DNA of 64,000 nt from the human T2T-CHM13v2.0 reference genome, Homo sapiens. The stretch is from the NCBI RefSeq assembly GCF_009914755.1, contig NC_060947.1; one strand, written 5' to 3'. A program made the position numbers and the translations under genes. This document shows positions 16,652-29,087 of this stretch, in pieces. The notes under the pieces are model-generated. The model was given only the letters and a program-made list of their open reading frames with translations. It was not told the origin of the DNA and did not search any database. Position 1 is the first letter of the stretch. Each line of letters starts with the position of its first letter.

Positions 16652-17122
16652 TGCCGGGTCTGACCGGCAGACCCTGACCAAGCGACAGATGAAAAAATGT
16701 ACTCACACACAGGTATCCAGTGAAACAGGGGGCTAGGGGACTGGGCTGTTCACAGAAAGAGTTGTAGCAGCCTCGGCCCCAACAAGCCAGCGCTGCAGGC
16801 AAGTATTCAGTACAGATCCTTTGAGTCAATACATCTTGTGGGTAATTAACATGGTTGCCCCCCACAGAGAGAGCAGTCCTGTGCATGGATGATTAAAGAC
16901 CAGGTTCTGAGGCCTAAGTAAACTAGCTTATCTAGATCAATTTATTTACACTTCCTTCTTATCTCCCTTTTGCTCTCAGGCTCTGGATAAGAGACTTTGG
17001 CGGCCTTCAGCCAAATTATCTTTCGAAGCTTTTGCAAAACCTCCTGGCCTTCCAAGAAGGTTTGTGTTTTTCCTATAACTCCTTCTTATAATTTCTCTCA
17101 CTACCCTGACTGATCTCCTACA
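16652..17122 (-). repeat. 5' LTR (LTR22-type, 471 bp)
   Basis: Starts TGTAGGAGATCAGTCAGGG and ends GACCCGGCA. Followed by the PBS and homologous to 9358-9829. Confidence 0.9.
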
Positions 17123-19785
17123 CATTAATCTGTGAGAACATGAATTGCTTCAGATTTTGGATTGAAAGGTCTGCAATATTTATAAAACTGTAAACTGTTT
17201 CCACCCTTTCCTCTTTAACCTCATGTTCACATTGTTAAGTATTTCTTAGTAAAAAAAATGCACATTTGCACAATAATTCATGTTCAATGATGTTGATTTT
17301 AGTTCTATTAATCATAACAAGTAGAGAACAATTTATTTATCTGTCAGGTATAGAATGGTTTAATTGATTATGGCATATTAATGCTTTAAGATTCTAGAGA
17401 GTGGTTACAAAATCGAGGGAGATACATACATACTGTCATGGTAAGATTCTGTATCCATTTTATTAAGTGGTAAAGGCAAGTAGCATATCAATATATACAT
17501 CATTATCAAAATGACCAATATGCTAGTATTTGCATAGCACATCTATATATAAGAAGCCTAAAATCAGCTTTAAAATAATACATATCAGATTAATAATTAT
17601 GGTGAACTCTGTGATGGGGCTTAAATTGTGGAAGGACTTTGGAAAGGGAGAAATTACAATATATCTGTATATTTAGATTGTTTGCAACAAGAATACATAT
17701 ACACACTGCTATTTTTGTGATGAGACTCTTTAAATAAGAAAAGCAGCAAAAATAGTTGCTGTGTATTAGTCAGTAAAAATAACCGCTAGTTGATGCAACA
17801 GACAAACCCTAAAATTTGAATGGATTGACACAAGAAAAGTTTATTTTATGTGCCCATAAGTTCTGATGCGGTTTGGCAGGGGCTCTCCACTCTCACATGA
17901 CCCAGGGATCCAGGCTGCTTCCACCTTGTGATTCCATCATCTCAAAATGAAACTGCCATGTTTACTGTTGGATGGAGGAAGAAAACTTGGAAATGGCACA
18001 CTGGTTCTCAAATGCCTGGATGTGACAAACAACACTTCTGCTCATGTTTCAGTGGTAACAAGTGGTCACATGACCCTTCCTAACTGCAAGTGGGCTGTAC
18101 TGTTCCCATGTGTCCGGGAAGGAGACAAAGACAAAATGTGAGTGAGTGGTATAGTCTCCCCCATAAACTGTTATGTAGGAGGTGCTCAAAAAAAGCAATT
18201 ATGATAATTTGGTATTACACAACCCTTGTCATTGCTAGAGTTTCTGAGAAGCCCACATTTGCCTTGAAGTTCTCTAACATTTTCAAGTGCCTGCTACGTG
18301 ACTGATGCTTTGAAATGTAAGATCACAACTGTCCAAGAACTTTGAAAGTCTCAGCAGGAAGGCTCATCAGGGAATCTTCCCTTTATAATACCCTTTAAAC
18401 AATTAGTAGGCTTTGAACTTTTCCTCCATTTGATTCCTGGTCAAAATTTTAACCTGTGAGTTTCTGCTACCCTTCACATGCCTAAACACCTGTCAGGTGC
18501 CTTTAGACACAATGAAAGCACATATTTTCCTGTGGGGCAAGTACTAGACAAGAGAAAGTAGAAACTTGGTTAATTATTCTACTAAAATTTGAGCTAGTAC
18601 TCCCACCAAGGCAGCATTTTTCACCTCCTGGGAGACTCTGGGGTTTTAGTTCAGCCTCAGTAGATGTTGACTCCACAGTGATTTCCATGTTCTTTCCTCA
18701 TCTCCAGCTTATGCGAGAGAGTTTAGATTTTCACCACCAAGGTAAGGTCATTCATCCTTGTATGTGTTCAGTGACCAGTTTCAAATAAAACACCCCATTA
18801 AATTCCTATTACGAATAACAAAATGGCTTTAAAAAACTCTCTCTCTGTAACTTCGTATCTCAAGAATAGTATATCATGTGCTAATCACATTCCACTCACC
18901 ATCTATTTAGAAAAGTTCGAGGGTGTATTTAGACACACAGTTGGGATGACAGGATGTGTAAAGGGGAAGGCAGGTGATTCCGCTTAGCCTTCACAGCAAG
19001 CAGCAGGGAGGAGCAGGAAGCAGGCCAGATTCCAATTGGAAGAAAGGGCACATGAGGGAGACCAAGGGAAGGCCTCTGTGGCGCGAGAAAGTGTTAGGGT
19101 TGGACAGAAATTCCTGCACTTGGGTAGAGTCAGCTCTCAGGAACCCTAGGGCTCAGGCAGGAGGACCCTAGGTTAATAAAGCCCACAGACTATCCCCAGA
19201 TTATGTTTCATTCTCATTGTCACCTTCCTTTTGTAGGCCCGCTTTCAGTACCACGTCCACAGTGTCCTTCTTTTGGCCACTTGAGAGACATTATGCAGTA
19301 CTGAGAAAACAAATGAATTAAGGGACAGAGGTGTACTTCAGGCTGCAAAGAGTGAGAATAGAATGGGCTCTAGATGAATTCAGGCCAACCTTGTGGTTTA
19401 CCAGTGATATGATCTTGGGAAAGTTACCAAGCACCATGAGACTCAGGTTCATCCAGAAAATGGGTTTGATAGACCATTTTTTTAGGACTGTTGTAATGTA
19501 TAAAATGTATTAAAACACCTGGGATGATGCCTGGCATGTACTGGATATTTAATGATTGACAGCTATTTCTAGTATTACTGTGACCCCAGGTGCTACCACT
19601 CTCTACTTTGGAATATTTTTTATTGTCCAGGACATCTCAGAGAATCTGCAACTCAGTAGGAAACTGCATTTCCTTGGTGAATATGTATGTGGGGGGAGGG
19701 GGGTGTACATGTGTGTATGGGTGTGTACTTTCATAGAACAACAGATTAATATGGATAAGAAGACAAGAATTAATGACCTTCTCCT

Positions 19786-19823
19786 TTTATTTCTCTGTTT
19801 CACAACACCAGTTCAGCTTTATT
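19786..19823 (-). terminator. MAGEA11 polyadenylation signals (AATAAA x2)
   Basis: TTTATT on + at 19786-19791 and 19818-19823, about 450 nt past the stop codon. Another occurs at ~19994. Confidence 0.65.
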
Positions 19824-20261
19824 GTTAAGTTCTTACATTCTCCAAGAAAATACCTATTGCAAATCACAGCAAGATGGAAGATTTCCCAAAATGTTTTACA
19901 AAATGGCAAACACTTGCACTTGAAATGGATAAGCAAAACAACATGTGTGGTCAGTATCATCCATACACTTAGATGTTGAAGCTAACTAAAACTTTTATTA
20001 CAGGAACAATATTTGAAAATTACCAAAGGGAAACAAAAAGAAATCTCCAAGTCACCCGATGGAAGAGAAACCTAAAGGCAGTATACAATGTGTTCCCTTC
20101 CATTCACTGTGCCTTCTACTACTGAGAACACTGACTTCTCTCATCAAACACAGAGGGAAGAATGGGCCTGATTTCACACAGGACAGGGAAACTGCTGGGT
20201 GTGGCCCTGAAGCATGCATTGGCCCATTTCCCTGCCCGCTGGCCCTGGTTGCATCTCATGC

Positions 20262-23200
20262 TCAGACTCCCTCTCCCTCCTCTCTCAAAGCATCTTCATA
20301 CAGGGATGGGTAAGAAGTGGGATCCCTCCCATTGGCATTGGCTATGTACTCAAGAACTTTCATCTTGCTGGTCTCAGCGTGGGCCCTTGGACCCCACAGG
20401 AACTCATAGCATGCAGGATCAGTGCCGGGCACCTGCCGGTACACCAGGTACTTTTCCTGCACCCAATTTTGGGTAAGGAGCCTCTTGGGCTCCCCAAAGA
20501 GGAAGTGCTCCCTTCCAGCATACACCCCCATAATGCTCAGGACTTCCCACATAACCTCTTCAGGGATGCAGTTCCCCTCCATGAAGATTACACCCAGGAC
20601 TATTATCAGGAGGCCAGACTTGGGCATGCTCTGCTCATTACACTGTATGCCATCATAAGAGAGGTTGAGGGAGGTGACAAGGACATAGGAGTGGCTAGTG
20701 GGGTCCACTTCCTTCACATCAATGCCAAAGAGCAGTTGCATGCATACAGAGGCTTCCCTAAATATCTCAGGAAAGTAGTCCTCATAATTTTTGATGACAC
20801 TCCCCAGCATTTCTGCCTTTGTGATCAGCCCCTTGACTCGATACTTGCGGAGCAATAAATGAACCAAATCAATTATCTTGTCATGTAGTATATCTTGGGA
20901 AAAGGACTCAGGGTCTATCAGGTCAGGCGAGGTACTTGGCCCCTCCTTTTCTTGGCTGCCAGAGCCCTCATCAGATAGGCTCCCAAAGATGGCATCCATG
21001 GCAGTGGGAGAGAAGGACTCTTCCTGAGGACTCTGGGGAGGACTTGGTGACTCAGCAGCAGGCAACTCCTCTAGAGTGCCCACATTCAGAGTAGAGGAGA
21101 AGAAGGCAGCCTCCTGCTCCTCAGCTTGGAGAGCCTGTGCACCCACCAGGCCCAGGTCTTCTTCTTGGGCCTGAAGGCCTTCCTCAGGCTTGCAGTGCTG
21201 ACTTCTTTGCTCAAGAGGCATGATGACTCTGGTTAGGTCAGCAGGCCGAACTGTGGGAAATATCTGGGTGATGGGGCCCCACAGCCTGGGGAGAGAGGGA
21301 GCGTGAGAACAGACTCAGATGAGATATGAACCATGGAGAATCTAACAAAGGCCTACTTACACTTGTTCTCCTCCAGTGATCCTCTGGGTTCTCCTGGGAC
21401 TCCTGTCCTCCAGGTTGGCCTGTTCTCTAAAAACCTGAAAAAGGAAGTGAGAAGGCTGCTCAAGATGCAGCTGGACATCAGAGCAGGAGGCTCCAGGACT
21501 GAGGTAGGGCAGGTGAGGTTGCAAGCTGGGGGTCCCTTTCTGTACTGGGGCAGGTGGGGCCATTTGTAGATTAAGGGTGAACATCTCATCTTGACTACTG
21601 GCACTGCCTAGGCTTCCTGTGTTCTGAGATCTGAAGACATTGCTTGAGACCAAGGCCTCACTGCTCAGTTTTTGGAGCTTCTAGAAGAGGAATCATGGGG
21701 CCATCAGGCTGCAGACTGCAAGCACCCATCCTGGCACCCCAGCACTGTCAGAAAGGTGGGCCAAACTCTGTGAGTTTCTCACTTTTTTGGAGTGGATGGT
21801 CCCCTCTGTGCTCAGGGCCCTCACCTTTCTCCTGCCAGGGCCTGGAAGACACAGCTCTCCTGACCTGAGAAACTCTCAGATCAATAGCTCTTTCCTGATA
21901 TGAAAGAGGACATGTGGGGATACACATCTGGCCACATGTACACAGGGCTACCCAGGAAGGACAGCAAGAGATGGTGACAGTCAGCAGGGTCCATGTGTCC
22001 TCGGGTAAGGAGCCTGTTTGGTTCCCATCTTGATGCCTATCTTGGCCTGGGACCCTCCCTCTGTTGACCTGACGCCATCTCCTTAAACCAAAGCTCTACC
22101 TCCAGGAGATATCAGAAGAGGAAATCAGGGAAATAGAAACACCCATGGTCCCAGGGACTTCCCATAGCTGACAGAAGGGGCAGGGAAGGGCTGAGTCCCA
22201 TGTTTTTGGTAAGTGCTGTCCCGTCAGCCCCCACCTTGATTCTGGTCATGGCCTGGGACCCTCCCACTGCTGACCTAAGTGCAGCCCTCTCAGACCAATG
22301 TCTCCCGCTCCCTGAGACCAATGATCCCAGTATAAGAGAGGGGTCTCAGCACATAGTCCTGCACATGCTCTCTGGGGAGACAGCAGGGGCAGAGCAGATT
22401 TCTAAGCAGCCCTCTGTGTTCTGGCCAGGAGGAACCCTCAATCCTCCCTCAGGTTTCTCACCTGGACTCTTGGCAGATCCTGGGACCACTGTAGTTGTGG
22501 ACCATATGGGGCTCTTTCTGTTGACTGGAAGTCGTCCTCTGAGAACATAGTGCTCACCTGCCCAAGATTCCAAAACAGAAGTAAGGGGCCCCACGTCCCA
22601 TCACCCCATCATGTGGTTGTCCAGGGCTGACAGCAGAGGCTGGACCCTTCGGTTCTGGGGATTCCAAAGTCCTCCTGTGGGTTTTTCATCTTTACTTCTG
22701 CCAGGGCCTGTCCTTCCTTGACTCCCAACCCCTGAGATGAGCAGACATATCCCTTTACACCAAGACCTCATCTCCCTGAAGGTTTCCCAACTTTCTGCCT
22801 GTGGTACAAGTGACCTTGCCACTTGGGGCCACCCGTGATGAGGTCCCCACACAGCCAAGGACAGGGGACAGAGAGACTCTGTGGGATCCCTTCATTATGG
22901 GATGTGGGTATCTCCAGTCCTCACCAAGGGGACACATACACCTTGAGTCCTAAAGATCCTGGGACTCCTCCCTCTGCTGATCAGGTGTGGCTCCACCTGC
23001 TGACCTGTCATCACCCCCTTGAAACAAGGTGCTCACCTCCCTGAGCAAGGTGCCACCCCCAACCTCGTGGCAGAAATGTGAGCATGGCACATGCCTCCCC
23101 AACTTGGGCCTCCGAGGGATGAAAACAGAGGAAGCAAGGATTGGTGAGGTCCCTTTTTCTTTGGCATGTGGGAGGGTACATTCTTACCTTCAGTCTTCAT

Positions 23201-23878
23201 CAATTTTCCTCTCCTTGACTACTGGCAGATCCTGGACTCCACCCTGTGCTGACCAGGTGTGTATCCCTCTGCTGACCTGAGGACCTGCCTCAGACCAAGG
23301 GCCCCACCTCTCTGAGATATGGGAGGCAGAAAGTGAAGGGGCACTACATGGACACCCCTCATGGGATGCCAAAGGCTGACAGATGAAGCAGATTTCAGGG
23401 GTGCCTCCTCTCTCTGGGTTTCCTCCAGGTATTCAGATTTACTCCTGACAAGGCCTATCCATGTCTCTCCTGCTGAACTGTGGATGAGTTTTGCAGGCCA
23501 CGACCACCATCTCCCAGAGAACCCCAACTAGGAAGTGGGGAGCTGCCTCTCTTTCCTAGAGTCCTGCTTGGGGCCTCCAAGGACCGATGGCAGGGGCAGG
23601 TTTTCTACCTCAGGGATAATTGGTTGCCTGAGTCCTCCCTCTGGGACTCCTCCCTGGGTTGACCTGAGGCTCCACTCCTCAGACCACAACCCACTCCTTG
23701 CTGACACCCCAAAGGCAGAGTGAGGATGCACCACATGTGGCCACCGTGCCTTGGAACTCCAAGGGCCAAGGTCCCTACTGACCTGGAGTCCAAAGTCTCC
23801 TGAGTCCTCCCTCTTCTTCTTCCTCTTGATGCTGGCAGGGCTGCACCCCAGACCCCCTCTGCGGAACTGAGTCTCCAT
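20262..23878 (-). CDS. MAGEA11: Melanoma-associated antigen A11, 429 aa. Coding exons 23878-23783, 22557-22462, 21434-21361, 21285-20262.
   Basis: ORF 20262-21221 encodes a MAGE homology domain ([14 protein letters not shown]...[18 protein letters not shown]). The upstream exons translate to [12 protein letters not shown]...DFGLQ | VSTMFSEDD...PRVQ | [10 protein letters not shown]...GGEQV | LWGPITQIF. All introns are GT-AG. The lengths 96+96+74+1024 sum to 1290 nt, i.e. 429 aa plus stop. Confidence 0.97.
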
Positions 23879-24875
23879 CCCTCAGATTCCCAAGGCTGAA
23901 TGAAAAGGCACCTCAGTTTGAGACGGCGGGACTATGGGGGGGGGCTGTTCTGGGGTGCTGGGTCCCTTCAGTTGTCCCTCAGGCCTTGCTCACCTCCCAG
24001 CAGGGACTGAGCCCTGTCTGTGCTCCCCCTAGGTCTTTCTCATGATACCAAGCCCCTTCCCTCTGTCAGCCCAGGATGCGGAAATCAGGATCCACTTGCC
24101 TGGCAGCAATGCCAGGAACTTCCCAGGACTGACAGCAGAGAGGGAGCCTTGCTCTGTGGGGCCTCAGCCCTCCCTCGGGGTCCTGACCTTGATGCCTGGC
24201 AGAACCTGGGTCCTGCCCCCCCCAACCAGCCCTGCCCTGGTCACACCAAGCTCTGACCCCACAGTCCCCTGAGGCTTAAGCGGCGGGGGGCAGAAGCCGA
24301 GGGGGGTGTCAGAGGGGACGGCCCAGCCTGAGAAGTCCATCCCCATGGGGTGATCCAGGGCTGGCAGCAGAGGCGGTGCTGGATTATCTGGGGTCCTCTA
24401 TCTGGGTAGGGAGCATCCTCAGTCCTCCCTCAGCATCTCATCTTGCCTCCTCACAGAGCCTGGGCCCGCTGCCCTCAGCAGGTCACAAGCCGCCCTTCAG
24501 AACCGGGCTATCACTTCTCTCTGACCCCCTAATGTGCAACTCCGCAGTACCAAGCCCGGAGGTCCTTTGCGTTGTCTGCAGGGACAAGGATGGACTTTGT
24601 GGCCCCTCTATCAGGATGGGGTGGAACCTCTCCATAATTTCTCAGAGTCCTGATGTTGATGCCTGGAAAGGCCGGGGCCCCACCCTTTATGGAACTGCCT
24701 CTGCCCGGGTCACACCATAGACTCGCAGAGTCTCCTTGGGCATTGAGGAGGGGGATTGTCTCAGCCTGATAATTTGGTCCCCTGTTGTTTCAGGGCTGGC
24801 TCCAGGGTTGGCGCTGGATTATTTGGGGCCCTCTATCTGGGTAGGAGGACTCCTCAGTCCTCCCTCAGCTCTCAC

Positions 24876-24965
24876 CTTGCCTCCTCATGGAGCCTGGACC
24901 CGCTGCCCTCTGCCACTCTCAAGACACCCCTCAGAAAGACGCTTTCGCTTCTCTCAGATCCCAGA
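24876..24965 (-). other. MAGEA11: MAGEA11 non-coding exon 1 (5' end approximate)
   Basis: Ends in the MAGE-A-type donor GAGGCAAG|GTGAG (intron starts 24875) and lies just downstream of the ETS/GC-box promoter. Confidence 0.7.
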
Positions 24966-25125
24966 GGCGGAAGCCAATGGAGGTCACATCCGGCCCCCAC
25001 GCCTGGAGCTTCCCTGGATTTACAGCAGGAGCGAACCCGATTCTGCCCGTGTGGGGGCGGGGCGAGGCGAGGCGGGGCGGGGCGAGGCGAGGCGGGGCGG
25101 GGCGGGGTGGGGCAGGGGGAAAAGT
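24960..25125 (-). promoter_or_regulatory. MAGEA11 proximal CpG/GC-rich promoter with ETS-like sites (CGGAAG, CGGATG), CCAAT and a GC-box array
   Basis: GGCGGAAGCCAAT at ~24966 and CACATCCGG at ~24985. A (GGGGC/GAGGC)n array spans 25053-25119. The layout resembles methylation-controlled MAGE-A promoters. Confidence 0.75.
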
Positions 25126-26258
25126 AGTGGCGAGGGGTGCAGATGTGGTCGAGGGTCATGGGGGTGCCTCAGTCCTCCCTCAGGTTTCTGACCTTGATTC
25201 CTTGCAGAGCCTGGAGCTCCGTCCTCTGCCAATGATGTCTGCTCCTCTCGGACCAAGTCTCTGACTCTGAGTCCCCTGAGGTGGCAGTGAGCGGGAGGTG
25301 TGAGGTCGGGGGACAACATTGCCAAGGTCTTCCGGGGCTGACAGGAGGGACCGAGCTGGATTCTGTGGCCCCTCTATGTGGGGAGGGTGGACCGTCAGTC
25401 CTCACTCAGGAGGGTCCTCCTCTTGGCTACTGGTTCTTTCATGAAGTGATGGGTGGGAGATGCTCTGTTTCTGTCACCTCTGAGCATTGCCCAACTGCAC
25501 CCCTTGCAGACAATAGCTGCGGATCCCAGGCTAGGTGCTTCCATGTGGCTTCAGTACCCGTGATTGTAGTGACCTCTGGGAGAAGATGCACACCTTCCTA
25601 CGGGGGCTCCTCCCCAGCCAGATCTAGACTTTGCAAACTTTTGCCCTGAAAGCTTTATTTTTACACTGAAGAGGCTGAGTGGCTGCAAGAAATTTGCGGA
25701 AGTCCTGCGTTTAGAATTTATCTAACACTTCATAGTTCATTTTAGTGATTTTCATTTTTTAATTCTCATTCAGTGTCAAAAATCATACTTAACCTAACTG
25801 CCTATTTCACTCTAATGGTCAATACTCTAATTTAATCCATTCTTTATCTTCAATTAAAACGATAATTTTTAAAAAGCCAATCTTTATTTACTGACGTGGT
25901 TTTAGTGGTTATCAGCACAAATTCCAGCCGTATTCCTTTAATCAACCAGTGTTTCCTCATGTCCTGAAGTTACCCCATGACTACTGGCACCTGTGGTCTG
26001 AGACCCTACCCGAGTTTTCCACAGTGAAGTAGGGGCAGAATTTTAAACATTTCTTTCTTCCTATCCACCCCAACTTCCCTGCCACTCTTCCCCGCCAATC
26101 ACAAGTATTCCTTCAAAATACAATGAAATTCTCAGGGCTCTCTCATGTTTTTTTTGTTTAGATTTCTTTTTTGATATTGTTTGCTTGTTCCTTTATTTAT
26201 TTATTTTTATTCTTTAGTTTTCCCGGGTTGTTTTGGGGAGTCTAAGATAGAAGCCCAA

Positions 26259-26603
26259 GACTGAACGCGGTGGTTCACACCTGTAATCCAAACACTTTGG
26301 TAGGCCAAGGCAGGAGGATCACTTGAGCCCAGTAGCTCAAGATTAATCTGAACTACATAACAAGACCCCATCTCAAAAAAAAAAGAAAGAAAGAAAAAGA
26401 AAAAGAAAAAAGAAATGAAAAATTAGCTGGGTGTGGTGGCGTGTGACTGCAGTCCCAGCTGGTAGGGAGGCTAAGGTGGGAGGATCACTGGAGCCCAGGA
26501 TGTCAGTGCTGCAGTGAGCTGTGTTCACACCACTGCACTCCAGCCTTGGAAATAGAGTGAGGTCCTGTCTCAAAAAAACAAAACCAAACCAAACAATCAA
26601 AAA
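26259..26603 (+). repeat. AluJ with an expanded central A-rich tract
   Basis: Two diverged monomers separated by (A/GAAA)n. Confidence 0.85.
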
Positions 26604-27694
26604 CCAACAGATGCCTGAGCTTGACAGTCATCTTGGCTGGTTAAGGAATTACGTCTGTCAATTTTTGAAAAAATAGAATTGCCATCTTTGCAATATTCTG
26701 TTCCCTATCAATGATATCATATACTGCCTTGTTTATTTGGGTGCTCTTTGAACTGGATATATCAGTACTTGTATAGTTGCCTCAGTAAAAATCATACATG
26801 CTTTTGTTAGTCTTCTTGTTAGGTAATTTTTGGATATTGTTGCTATTGTGAATGGGGTATTTTCTATGACCTGTTCTTAATAGTTATTGTCTGTTTTGCA
26901 AATCTTTTGATTTTGCTTTATTGATCTTCTGTTCGCTATTTTTCACACGTCTCTTATTCATTTGACTATTTCAAGTGTGCATTTTTTTGAATTTTCTAGA
27001 TAGACTGTTGCATTACCCTACCAAATATCACTCTTTCTTTCCAATACACATACCTCTTATTTATTTTGGTATCCATATCTGTGGCTTTGTATTCCAATAC
27101 AACTTTGAAAAATAGCAATGATAGCATACATTTATGACCTGTGCCTGACATGAATGCGTCCAACATTTTACAATTAAGTATATTTGCTATCAATTTGATG
27201 AAACAAAATTTCCTTCTACTCTTAATTTTCTAGTTATTTTTATCATGGATGATTACTAATTTTTTCAAAATATTTTTCTGTATCCATTAATATGATCATA
27301 TGTTTTGCCTCTATAATCTTGTTAATATAGGGAATCACACTGAAGGTATATTTTAATGTCAAATTGTATTTTCATTCTTTGGATATATCCCGTTTTTCCA
27401 TTTAGTACACTGCCCTAATGAATTGGCTATTAATTTATTTAGGATATTTGTTGCTATGTGAGTAACTTTGGTTTAAGTGTTCTTTTCATGGTGAGGTCCT
27501 CTTCTGGTATTTGAAACAAAGAACACTAGTCTCAGAAAATGAGTTCCACAGTTGCCCATCTTTTTGTATGGTTTTTAAGAGTTTGCTTAGGATGGCAATG
27601 AGTTCTAATTATTTGGTAAAACTGGCCTCTGAAACTTTCTTTTCCTGGATCATTTGTGGGTGGCTTGAACTGAGAATACAGTTTTAGTTTGTAA

Positions 27695-28033
<339 letters not shown>

Positions 28034-28553
28034 ATTTTTTTTTTTTTATAAAATATAGTTCATTTCACTTAGGATTTCAAATTTAATGGCATGATATTAT
28101 GATGAAATAACTTTATTAAAGTGTCAGACATGTAAAATAGTATAGTATAATATACCCAATATACTTGATATTCAGCATCAAAAATCTTCAATCCATTACT
28201 AATCTGTTTCCAACTATACTTCTACCTACCCCACGTCTCAAATGCTGGAATAATGTAAACCAACTCAGTAACCTTGGATAGAATACTGGATCCAATAAGC
28301 CAGTTCATGGTACAGTGCAGCTGACCTGGCTCTGAGACAGCCTATGGCTCAGAGAAAAGGGTCTGGCTTCAATAGACCAGCCTCCCTAGACCCCTACCTC
28401 CTACTCTCTGTTCCAGGGTCCTGAGGTACTGCACGCCTTTGTTCTCTTCTAGACACATGCTCCTATAATACTGCTAGCTAATACTGCTTTCCAGACACCC
28501 TTGGGTCTCTCTCCAAATATCTTCTCTGTGAGGCCTTCTATGAATAACCTTTC

Positions 28554-29087
28554 TTTTTCTTCATAGAATTTGTGTCTTTATTATTTATTTTTGTAATTTC
28601 ACTTTCATTTTAGATTCAGGGGGTACGTGTGCAACTTTGTTACATGGGTATATTGTGAGATGCTGAGATTTGTGATATTATTGATCCCGTCACTCAAGTA
28701 GTGAGCATAGTACCCAATAGTTGGATCCTGACCTTTCATCATATACAAAAATTAATTCGACATGGATTAAAGATTGAAATGTAAGACCTCAAACTACAAG
28801 AATCCTAGAAGAAAACCTAGGAAACACCATTCTGGATATCACCCTCGGGAAATAATTTATGACTATGTTCTCAAAAGCTATTGCAACTAAAACAAAAATT
28901 GACAAGTTAACCTAATTAAACTCAAAAGCTTCTGCTCAGCAAAAAAAACTATCCACAGAGTAAGCAGACAACCTGCAGAATGGAAGAAAATATTCCCCAA
29001 CTACGCATCTGACAAAGGTCTAATATTCAGAATCTATAAGGTGCTTAAACAATTGAACAAACAAAAACAAATAACCTCATTAAAAAG
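28554..29087 (-). mobile_element. Old L1P insertion with a 5' inversion
   Basis: Minus-strand L1 3' end (~28590-28720) joined to a plus-strand ORF2 piece (~28725-29087). TSD TGAATA(A/C)CCTTTC at 28541-28553 and 29088-29100. Confidence 0.75.

Larger units (their letters stand above)
9358..17122 (-). mobile_element. Full-length defective betaretrovirus-like provirus, HERV-K(HML-5)/HERVK22 with LTR22-type LTRs
   Basis: TG...CA LTRs at both ends, identical 6-bp TSD CATTAA (9352-9357 and 17123-17128), PBS, PPT, and gag-pro(dUTPase)-pol-env remnants in order. Confidence 0.92.

Noticed and set aside
9358-17122. Replication-competent or HML-2/HML-6 provirus
   Set aside because: The gag ATG is lost, the protease and RT catalytic motifs are mutated, and there are many stops. 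The LTR start and Met PBS fit HML-5.
20214-20858. 214-aa plus-strand ORF
   Set aside because: Antisense shadow of the MAGEA11 coding exon with no independent features.
20262-21221. 319-aa ORF taken as the complete protein
   Set aside because: The frame stays open to the acceptor at 21285 and the upstream exons splice in frame, giving 429 aa.
24736-25325. Overlapping Gly/Arg/Pro-rich ORFs
   Set aside because: By-product of the GC-rich promoter repeat.
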